This document shows, one piece after another, positions 1 to 6,206 of a stretch of DNA of 15,567 nt; the stretch's first letter is position 1, and the number at the start of each line of letters is the position of its first letter. Under the pieces are notes generated by a model, which worked only from the letters and a program-made list of their open reading frames with translations, did not search any database and had not been told where the DNA came from. The translations under genes and the position numbers were made by a program. The DNA comes from Chitinophagaceae bacterium. Its GTDB lineage: Bacteria; Bacteroidota; Bacteroidia; Chitinophagales; Chitinophagaceae. The stretch lies in the NCBI GenBank assembly GCA_035326305.1, contig DAOLFO010000041.1, positions 1 to 15,567 on the forward strand, written 5' to 3'.

Positions 1-127
1 CAATACCACGTCCCATATATTCGTCGGCAGCAGCACCAAAGCCGGTGGCGTTGGCTGTTTTTATCTCCTGCTGGGTATATTGTTTGGAGCCTTTGTAGGC
101 GGCGCTGAAAAAATCTTCTCCATCCAT
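1..127 (-). CDS. Partial ORF, N-terminal 42 codons of a hypothetical protein running off the window start (MDGEDFFSAAYKGSKQYTQQEIKTANATGFGAAADEYMGRGI...)
   Basis: Reverse complement of 1..127 reads ATG GAT GGA... with no stop up to the window edge. It is divergent from the + gene at 354. No recognisable family. Confidence 0.3.
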   Translation of the reverse strand, partial: MDGEDFFSAAYKGSKQYTQQEIKTANATGFGAAADEYMGRGI

Positions 128-164
128 ATCGTAGCGATTTAGGAAACTAAGGTCGTAAAAATAT

Positions 165-194
165 TTTGAAAAACTAAAATATTTAGTAAATTTA
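165..194 (+). promoter_or_regulatory. Weak candidate Bacteroidetes-type promoter (TTTG-N18-TAAATTTA) upstream of the 2H phosphoesterase gene
   Basis: TTTG at 165-168 and TAAATTTA at 187-194. The spacing is 18 rather than 19-21 and the last base is A rather than G. It lies in a divergent intergenic region. Confidence 0.2.
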
Positions 195-353
195 TGCTAA
201 AAATATGGGGAACGGGGCGGCGGTTGATGAGGCGTGTACAGGACGGTGAAGTGTGCGATCCGCCAAAAGGTGGACAGGCTGCAACGAACAATGCCATGAA
301 ATGCTGCTGCCGGCTAAAAAATAAAATTAATCATCATTTAAAACAGGAGCGAT

Positions 354-968
354 ATGGAAAAAGTAATTAACAGCATACCGGGCTACCGGGTATATGAATA
401 CCTGCTGGTGCTGAGCCCGCATGAGGAGCTGTGGAATAAAATCATGAAAGTGAAGGATGAGTTTGCCACTGCTTATGATCAGGAACAGGCGAGGTGGGGC
501 AAGCCGCATGTGACGCTGGTAAGCTTTATACAGTATGCCATGATGGAGGAGCGGCTGGTAAACCGGCTGCGCACGGTGGCGATGGGCACCACACCGTTTA
601 AAGTGGAGCTGAAAGATTTTGGCAGCTTCCCTGCGCATACCATTTATATCAATGTGCTGAGCAAAGTGCCGGTGCAGACACTGATTAAAAATATACGGCA
701 TGAAACGCAGCGGCTGATGAAGCTGAATGAGGACAATAAGCCGCACTTCATACTGGAGCCGCACCTGACGATAGCCCGGCGGCTGCAGCCCTGGCAATAT
801 GAGAAGGGCTGGCAGGAGTATAGTCACCGGTCGTTTACAGGAAGGTTTATTGCAGATAGCGTGACACTGCTGCGAAGGCCGGTGGGGGAACTGAAGTACC
901 AGGCCGTGCGGCGTTTTGCCTTTCAGAATATGCCGGTGCGCACAAAGCAGGGGGAATTGTTTGGGTGA
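354..968 (+). CDS. 2H phosphoesterase superfamily protein, LigT-like (RNA 2',3'-cyclic phosphodiesterase / 2'-5' RNA ligase family)
   Basis: 204 aa with two H-x-T-x motifs (PHVTLVSF near residue 52, PHLTIARR near residue 138) about 86 residues apart, the defining pair of the 2H/LigT fold. The size is typical (E. coli LigT is 176 aa). Confidence 0.65.
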   Translation: MEKVINSIPGYRVYEYLLVLSPHEELWNKIMKVKDEFATAYDQEQARWGKPHVTLVSFIQYAMMEERLVNRLRTVAMGTTPFKVELKDFGSFPAHTIYINVLSKVPVQTLIKNIRHETQRLMKLNEDNKPHFILEPHLTIARRLQPWQYEKGWQEYSHRSFTGRFIADSVTLLRRPVGELKYQAVRRFAFQNMPVRTKQGELFG

Positions 969-1060
969 GAGGGTTTGAAGTTTGAAGTTTAAAGTTTGAG
1001 GTGTAAGGTTTAGGTGTTTAATAGGTTTAAGAAGTTCAAGAGGTTAAAAAAGTTTAAAGG
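966..1060 (+). repeat. Copy A of a C-depleted heptamer-array repeat (gtttgaa gtttgaa gtttaaa gtttgag gtgtaag gtttagg ... ggtttaagaagttcaagaggtt...)
   Basis: A tandem of degenerate 7-mers GTTTRAR/GTTCAAR seen directly in the sequence. It starts at the TGA stop (966-968) of the upstream gene. The block ggtttaagaagttcaagagg is shared with copy B. Confidence 0.8.
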
Positions 1061-1088
1061 GGTCTGGGGGAAATTATCAGCGGGGGGT

Positions 1089-1505
1089 ATGCGTATGGAA
1101 ATGAAGAACGGGAAAGTGCATGAGCCGCTTTCCGGCAGGGAAAAATACCTGACCGGGCAGGTGGTGGGCATTGCCATAGCGATACACAGGGCACTGGGTC
1201 CGGGACTGCCGGTGCAGGTATACGAAAGATGCTTTTGCCACGAGCTTCACAAAAGAGAAATAGGTTATGTGCGGCAGCATAAAATTGATTTGGTATATGA
1301 TGATATACGGATAGAGGATGGCTTGCAAATAGATATTTTGATAGATGACCTTATCATCATTGAGCTGAAAGCGCAGGAAGCGCATCACCCTGCCTGGGAG
1401 GCCCGGTTGCTAAGCTGCTTAAGGCTGACAAAGAAACGACTGGGCTATATACTGAATTTCCATGCGCCGTTGATGAAAGAGGGTATTAAGCGAATGATAA
1501 TCTGA
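1089..1505 (+). CDS. GxxExxY family protein (PD-(D/E)XK nuclease superfamily)
   Basis: The core ...GKVHEPLSGREKYLTGQVVGIAIAIHRALGPGLPVQVYERCFCHELHKREIGYVRQHKIDLVYDDIRIEDGLQIDILIDDLIIIELKAQEA...LGYILNFHAPLMKEGIKRMII matches the conserved GxxExxY layout (HR.LGPGLLE.VYE ... ELK ... INF). The ORF-track start at 1014 runs through repeat A (FKKFKRLKKFKG) and is probably an artefact. Likely starts are Met 1089, 1095 or 1101. Confidence 0.75.
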   Translation: MRMEMKNGKVHEPLSGREKYLTGQVVGIAIAIHRALGPGLPVQVYERCFCHELHKREIGYVRQHKIDLVYDDIRIEDGLQIDILIDDLIIIELKAQEAHHPAWEARLLSCLRLTKKRLGYILNFHAPLMKEGIKRMII

Positions 1506-1570
1506 TATAACTATTTTTTTATTCACTGTGTTACTCTGTGTCTCCGTGTCGTTGTGCTTAAAAATGAGCT

Positions 1571-2695
1571 ATGAGTAATCAGTTAAAGCAGGACCACTAT
1601 AAAGTGGCCCCGAAAAAGCAGGAGGAAGCAGCGGGAGAAAAAGCGGGCAGCTATATTGCCGGAAGAGGGGCGCAATTCAATACGAAAAACCGGTTTCTGA
1701 AAGATGAACGGACCCGGGAGCATATCGAAGGCATTGATGACTGGGAAGAAGCCATACAACCCACACAATATATCGAGCAGCAGGCAAAGACGATTGTGAA
1801 TAAGGTGGAGAGCAAAGATGTGGGCATGGGCTACAGCATGAATCCGTATGCCGGCTGTGAGCATGGCTGTATCTACTGCTATGCACGCAATGTGCATGAA
1901 TACTGGGGCTATAGCGCCGGGCTGGACTTTGAGCAGAAAATCATTGTAAAAAAGAATGCACCGCAACTGCTGCGGAAATTCCTGATGCACAAAAGCTGGG
2001 ATGCCACACCCATCATGCTCAGTGGTAATACCGACTGCTATCAGCCCGCCGAACAAAAATACCGGCTGACGCGGGGGCTGCTGGAGGTTTGCAATGAGTT
2101 TAACCAGCCGGTGGGCATACTGACTAAAAATTCATGGATACTGAAGGATAAGGATGTACTGCAGGAAATGGGGCGGAAAAAAATAGTATCGGCCATGGTG
2201 TCTATTACTTCCTTTAATGAAGACCTGCGCCGGGTAATGGAGCCGAGAACAACTACTGCCAGGCAAAAACTAAAAGTGATTAATGAATTGAGCAGCGCCG
2301 GTGTGCGCATGGGCATCATGATGGGGCCGATGATACCCGGCCTGAATGAGCATGAGATGCAGCGCATCATGAAAGCGGCGGCAGACAATGGCGCCACGTT
2401 TACCGCCTATACTTTCATCCGGCTGAACGGGGCCATCAAGTTTTTGTTTCATGACTGGTTGTATAAAAACTTTCCTGACCGGGCAGATAAAATATGGCAC
2501 CTGATAGAAAAAAGCCACGATGGCAAAGTAAATGATACCCGGTGGGGAGTACGTATGAGGGGGGAAGGGCCGATAGCAGAGATAGTGGCGCAGCAGTATA
2601 AAAAGTATGGAAAGCTCTATGGGATGAATGCAGAGGAGTGGAGCCTTGAGAGGAACCTGTTCAGGAGGCCGGGCGAGCAGGGAAGGTTGTTTTGA
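1571..2695 (+). CDS. Radical SAM protein, PA0069/SplB-like family (COG1533 'DNA repair photolyase'-type)
   Basis: 374 aa with the CxxxCxxC cluster in YAGCEHGCIYCYARN. Length and layout match the PA0069-family rSAM proteins. Its TGA stop (2693-2695) is the first triplet of repeat copy B. Confidence 0.7.
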   Translation: MSNQLKQDHYKVAPKKQEEAAGEKAGSYIAGRGAQFNTKNRFLKDERTREHIEGIDDWEEAIQPTQYIEQQAKTIVNKVESKDVGMGYSMNPYAGCEHGCIYCYARNVHEYWGYSAGLDFEQKIIVKKNAPQLLRKFLMHKSWDATPIMLSGNTDCYQPAEQKYRLTRGLLEVCNEFNQPVGILTKNSWILKDKDVLQEMGRKKIVSAMVSITSFNEDLRRVMEPRTTTARQKLKVINELSSAGVRMGIMMGPMIPGLNEHEMQRIMKAAADNGATFTAYTFIRLNGAIKFLFHDWLYKNFPDRADKIWHLIEKSHDGKVNDTRWGVRMRGEGPIAEIVAQQYKKYGKLYGMNAEEWSLERNLFRRPGEQGRLF

Positions 2696-2750
2696 GATTT
2701 GGGAGGTTTAAGAAGTTCAAGAGGTTTAAAGTTTAATGTTTAAGGTTGGG
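2693..2750 (+). repeat. Copy B of the heptamer-array repeat (tgagatttgg gaggtttaa gaagttcaa gaggtttaa agtttaa tgtttaa ggttggg)
   Basis: Seen directly. It shares TGAGATTTG with copy C, ggtttaagaagttcaagaggtttaaa with copy A and gtttaaggttggg with copy D. Confidence 0.8.
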
Positions 2751-3110
2751 TGGTGTTAAAGTACCAGGGAAGGCTTGTTGTAACAGGTTGCCGGTAAAAA
2801 TAGCAGCAAGCATAACGATGAGGTTTTTGAAATCTGCTTAAGAATGTCTGCAATGGTTACAGGCAGGCATCACCTGATACGAGATGGCGGTGAAAGAGCT
2901 GCTATAAATTATTTTTTAAAAATTCTTCTTCAAAAATTTGGCAACAACAAAAAAATAGTTTCATCTTTGCACCGCAAAACAAAAAACATGCTACGCATAC
3001 AGTTACATATTGAAGCAGGAAATTGGTTTAGCCCCAAAGGAGGCTATACCAGTTGCGGGGCATGTAGTGCTGCGAATTAAGTTGCAATAACTCATTCAAT
3101 GAAATACAGG

Positions 3111-3140
3111 CCCCGCAAGAGATTGCGGGGTTTTTGTTTG
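3111..3140 (+). terminator. Rho-independent terminator (CCCCGCAA-gaga-TTGCGGGG + TTTTTGTTTG)
   Basis: A perfect 8-bp GC-rich stem, 4-nt loop and T-run. There is no convincing protein gene upstream, so it probably ends an ncRNA or leader. Confidence 0.7.
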
Positions 3141-3399
3141 TATATATTTCACCACCTGCCGGCATCCTGACAGATGCTGAAGCGGGAGTAAGAAAATAAA
3201 AATCAAAAGAGATAAATGACAGTGTTATCATGGTATCATCAGTTGGGGAGTAAAAAAAATACACCCTTAGGCATGTGCTGCTTTATAAAAGCAGTTGCGG
3301 GGAATGGTGTGCCCGTTATGCAAATTGATAACCGAAATAAAAATAAAAGACCGGATGGTATTCCGATACGGGTGTGTTAACACCTGTCAGCAGGATTAA

Positions 3400-3430
3400 G
3401 CCCGGTCAGCAGTTGACCGGGCTTTTTTAT
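3400..3430 (+). terminator. Rho-independent terminator (GCCCGGTCA-gcagt-TGACCGGGC + TTTTTTAT)
   Basis: A 9-bp stem, 5-nt loop and T6 run, immediately upstream of the SD of the 45-aa ORF. A T-run follows only on the + strand. Confidence 0.7.
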
Positions 3431-3450
3431 ACCCGGAAAAAGGAGGAGCT

Positions 3451-3588
3451 ATGAAATTTTTGCTGGCTGTACTGGTAATTCACCTGGTAATCGCTTTTAT
3501 CAGCAACAGGAAAGAAAATAAAAAAATGCAGCAGGGGCAGCCGAAAGCTGATGGTGCTTTGCATCCGGCGGAGTACCTGCTGCGCTAA
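3451..3588 (+). CDS. Small ORF, 45 aa, hydrophobic N-terminal helix plus charged tail (MKFLLAVLVIHLVIAFISNRKENKKMQQGQPKADGALHPAEYLLR)
   Basis: An ATG preceded by AGGAGG 4 nt upstream, which is unusual in this genome style. One predicted TM helix followed by a basic tail. It sits between a terminator and the tRNA-like genes. Confidence 0.3.
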   Translation: MKFLLAVLVIHLVIAFISNRKENKKMQQGQPKADGALHPAEYLLR

Positions 3589-3702
3589 CAGGATTATGTG
3601 CAGAAGGAGGGATAAAGCTCCCCGCAGGTGCAGCGGGGATGCTTTTCCAAAAAAACAACCGTTAAACCTACTATGAAAATGGCGGCAGCAATGCCGCTGC
3701 CT

Positions 3703-3775
3703 ATAGCAGCATTCCAATTGGTTGGATACTCCGCCTGGAACGGAGAGGATGCAGGTTCGAGCCCTGCCTGCTATA
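3703..3775 (+). tRNA. tRNA-like gene, 73 nt cloverleaf, anticodon UGG (Pro) at canonical positions, with C8 and C33
   Basis: Hand fold of 3703..3775. Acceptor ATAGCAG/CTGCTAT is 7/7 paired. D-arm TTCC-AATTGGTT-GGAT has G18G19. Anticodon stem CTCCG/CGGAG with loop CCTGGAA. Variable loop AGGAT. T-arm GCAGG-TTCGAGC-CCTGC has a canonical T-loop. Discriminator A. The deviations are A1-U72, C8 (normally U), C33 (normally U) and one D-stem mismatch. Confidence 0.5.
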
Positions 3776-3860
3776 CATTAATTGTTATGAATTTAGAGAG
3801 AGAGAGAAGCCGGAGGCTTAAGCCATCCGCTAAAACAGTATGAATAAACAAGAGCAGTAC

Positions 3861-3933
3861 GGTGCTTTGGCAGAATGGATAGATGCGCCGGAGTGAAATC
3901 CCGGAGATCGTGGTTCAATTCCACGGGGCACCA
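3861..3933 (+). tRNA. tRNA-like gene, 73 nt cloverleaf, anticodon GAA (Phe), followed by CC
   Basis: Hand fold. Acceptor GGTGCTT/GGGCACC with two G-U pairs, U8. D-arm GCAG-AATGGATAG-ATGC. Anticodon stem CCGGA/CCCGG with an A31-C39 mismatch and loop GUGAAAU (U33, G34A35A36, A37). Variable loop AGAT. T-arm CGTGG-TTCAATT-CCACG. Discriminator A73, then CC at 3934-3935. G32 is unusual. Confidence 0.5.
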
Positions 3934-3971
3934 CCGGAAGAGTAGAAAATAAAAAAAGAAAACAAAGGAAA

Positions 3972-4499
3972 ATGGAGGCCGATATGGAAGAGACACAGCT
4001 ACAATGGAGAAAGCTGAACGGTGAGCGGCTGCGGATACCTATTGCCGAAGAAGTAAGCCGCATATTAATGCAGGAACGTGCTATGGGATATGATGTGAAA
4101 GCCTGTATTGGCACCGATAGCCAGGTGAAAGGTAAAGTGACAACGTTTGCTACCGTTATAGTATTTGTCCGGAAAGGAAAAGGCGGCTTCATGTATATAA
4201 GGAAAGAAGTTACAACACAGCGGATGAGCATCAAACAAAGGATGCTGGAAGAGGTGGCCAGGAGCGTGGAAGTGGCTTATGGGCTGTGCCGGTTATTTTC
4301 CCGGCATGGAGTGGATATGGAAGTGCATGCGGATATAAACACCAATCCGGGCTTCAAAAGCAACGATGCGTTAAAGGACGCCATGGGCTATATCATGGGA
4401 ATGTTTGCCCGGCCGGGAGAAACGGGTGGAGGCTTTGCCTTCAGGGCTAAACCGGATGCTTTTGCCAGCTCCAGTTGTGCAAATAAAATAGTGCAATAA
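3972..4499 (+). CDS. Hypothetical protein, possibly DUF458/YkuK-like RNase H-fold family
   Basis: 175 aa. CIGTDSQ near residue 45, VTTFATVIVFVRKGKGG, EVHADINTNP and a C-terminal AFASSSCANKIVQ resemble what I recall of the YkuK (DUF458) family. The family call is from memory, not a search. The gene itself is solid (clean ORF, co-oriented, 36 nt after tRNA-like 2). Confidence 0.45.
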   Translation: MEADMEETQLQWRKLNGERLRIPIAEEVSRILMQERAMGYDVKACIGTDSQVKGKVTTFATVIVFVRKGKGGFMYIRKEVTTQRMSIKQRMLEEVARSVEVAYGLCRLFSRHGVDMEVHADINTNPGFKSNDALKDAMGYIMGMFARPGETGGGFAFRAKPDAFASSSCANKIVQ

Positions 4500-4529
4500 C
4501 ACATAGCGGAGAGCTATAAATTTTTTTTA

Positions 4530-5606
4530 ATGGAACATTTATTTAATCAGAAAATCATCAATGCCAATAACGTGTTTGATGATGTATTCCTGGATGCGAA
4601 GATGCTGTACCTGTACTGCTTCAATCATTTGCCCAGCAGGAATTTTATTGACCGGGTGGACGGCGAAAAAGCCTTTGCTGCGTTTAAAGAGCGCTATGCA
4701 GATATGATTGAGCACATTCATCAGTACCGGTGGTATCAGCAGGAGAAAAGGAAGTACCGGTTTGACCGGACTGTATTGATCCTGAAGAACAATTGCATTG
4801 CGGAGTTTGATGAAAACTATTGTGAGTTTTATCATGATGGCGGGGATGCAGGGTTTGCAGATGAATTGACGGCGCTGGTATGCCAGTTTAAAGAGCGGCA
4901 GCGCAGACAGCCCCTGGAGATTAACCTGATTGTGAAAAATAGCAGGGGGCTGTACCTGAAGGGTATGGAGATAAAACGTACAAAGCTGGATCTTGACCTG
5001 TATTATGAAGATGATTTTAAGGAAGTGGATCAGTTGATAAGGGAGCGGTTGTCGAAGAAAAATGATAAAGGCATCGTGTTGCTGCACGGGCTGCCGGGTA
5101 CGGGTAAAACAACTTACCTGCGCCACCTGGTGGGCAGGATACGGAAGCGGGTGCTTTTCCTGTCGCCATCGGTAGCGGATGATCTGATGAACCCGGATTT
5201 TATCGAGCTGCTTATTGATAACCCCAATACCGTACTGATCGTGGAAGATGCGGAAAATATTATCAGGGACAGGAAGTATAGCAATAACACATCGGTATCA
5301 AACCTGCTGAACATCTCTGACGGGCTGCTGGCGGATTTCCTTAATGTGCAACTGATCTGTACGTTCAACAGTTCGCTGACAATGATAGATCATGCGCTGA
5401 TGCGGAAAGGAAGGCTGATAGCCAGGTATGAGTTTGGTAAGCTGAGCGCCGGGAAAAGCCAGCGGCTGAGCGACCGGTTTGGCTTTAAAACAAGCATCAG
5501 CGGGCCGATGACGATAGCGGAGATTGCCAACCAGCATGAGAAAAGGCAGGAGCCGGAAAAAGTGGAGATAATCGGGTTCCGGCGCACTGCAGAATTGATG
5601 AATTGA
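4530..5606 (+). CDS. AAA+ family ATPase (classical AAA core in the C-terminal half, uncharacterised ~170-aa N-terminal domain)
   Basis: Walker A GLPGTGKTT, Walker B VLIVEDAE, and SRH/arginine-finger region HALMRKGRLIARYEFG. There is no protease or other fused domain, and the N-terminal region has no recognisable motifs. Confidence 0.85.
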   Translation: MEHLFNQKIINANNVFDDVFLDAKMLYLYCFNHLPSRNFIDRVDGEKAFAAFKERYADMIEHIHQYRWYQQEKRKYRFDRTVLILKNNCIAEFDENYCEFYHDGGDAGFADELTALVCQFKERQRRQPLEINLIVKNSRGLYLKGMEIKRTKLDLDLYYEDDFKEVDQLIRERLSKKNDKGIVLLHGLPGTGKTTYLRHLVGRIRKRVLFLSPSVADDLMNPDFIELLIDNPNTVLIVEDAENIIRDRKYSNNTSVSNLLNISDGLLADFLNVQLICTFNSSLTMIDHALMRKGRLIARYEFGKLSAGKSQRLSDRFGFKTSISGPMTIAEIANQHEKRQEPEKVEIIGFRRTAELMN

Positions 5607-5803
5607 TTTCAACCTGATAGCTGACCGGGTGTCAGCGCAAAAGCTTGCTTAACGGCAGGGCTGGTATTGCCTCTCCGGCAGTTAAACTATGCTTGTGTTT
5701 TTTAAAGGCACAGCAGTGCAGGCGCTATAGCTACCTGTATGCTGTTGCTGCAGCAGGGCATACCGGTAACACGCAGTTTCCTGAACGGGAAGTGCAACCA
5801 CTT

Positions 5804-5839
5804 GCAGGTTCGAGTCCTGCTTCTCCCCCAACGGGAGAA
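5804..5839 (+). other. Isolated tRNA T-arm plus acceptor-like hairpin (minihelix-like tRNA fragment)
   Basis: GCAGG-TTCGAGT-CCTGC is a canonical T-stem/T-loop, 16/17 identical to the T-arm of the 3703 tRNA-like gene. It is followed by TTCTCCC-ccaac-GGGAGAA. No 5' acceptor strand or anticodon arm could be folded upstream. Confidence 0.35.
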
Positions 5840-6206
5840 TGGCGGAATTGGTAAACGCAAAGCAATGGGGATGCTTCGTAAAAAGAAGTACACCACTTCT
5901 TAAAAAATGGTGAAGTGATAAAGCTGGTATTTCATGCCGGCCATACAATTCCCTGGTACTTCGCCGGTGTACGTTTTGGGTATGCTGGCACATGGCGGGA
6001 AGTATGGCAACCGGCTAACGGCCTGCAGGCAGGTAATGTACAGATGGCTTGTATAATAAAGGCGATGACTGGCAGTAGGCAAAAAGCTTGCAGGCACTTG
6101 TTGCATAAAATATACAATAGTTTAGGCTCAGCCTGCCTCCGCTGATAGCCGGTGGTATGAAATACTGGTTTTATTAAACAGGTAATAACAGTTAAAAGAT
6201 AAAAAA

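Noticed and set aside
327-827. 166-aa minus-strand ORF antisense to the 2H phosphoesterase gene. The same applies to the other long antisense ORFs (1583..2056, 2041..2397, 4539..5126, 6192..6977, 6875..7315, 14967..15287).
   Set aside because: Each is embedded antisense within a + strand gene that has clear family motifs. Their compositions are low-complexity (Leu/Pro/His/Arg-rich), which is typical of shadow ORFs.
1014-1088. N-terminal extensions MFNRFKKFKRLKKFKGVWG (ORF 1014) and MFKRFRRFKNSF (ORF 7376)
   Set aside because: These peptides are simply the heptamer repeat read in frame. Conserved family start regions begin at the downstream Met residues (1089/1101 and 7412).
2844-3264. 78-aa ORFs on both strands (2844..3080 +, 3028..3264 -) in the ORF-poor interval
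   Set aside because: They are low-complexity, overlap the intrinsic terminator hairpin, have no motif, and sit in a region better explained as ncRNA/leader.
3374-3383. 10-bp perfect palindrome GTGTTAACAC
   Set aside because: It is a single occurrence and 10-bp palindromes arise by chance at this scale. No partner half-sites or repeats nearby.
3795-3806. (AG)6 dinucleotide run and the adjacent GGCTTAAGCC palindrome between the two tRNA-like genes
   Set aside because: Too short to argue for slipped-strand phase variation. Likely a spacer or processing-site feature.
3703-3935. Interpretation as a bacterial Y RNA (YrlA)/Rsr module next to rtcB
   Set aside because: No TROVE/Ro60 (rsr) gene is present in the window. 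Both elements fold as full cloverleafs with anticodon arms rather than the T-arm/D-arm-only tRNA-like domain on a long Ro-binding stem. Kept only as a comparison in the findings.
5903-5921. AT-rich hairpin AAGAAGT-acacc-ACTTCTT flanked by A/T runs (possible minus-strand terminator)
   Set aside because: The weak AT-only stem could not terminate any credible minus-strand gene, since the only candidate is an antisense shadow ORF.
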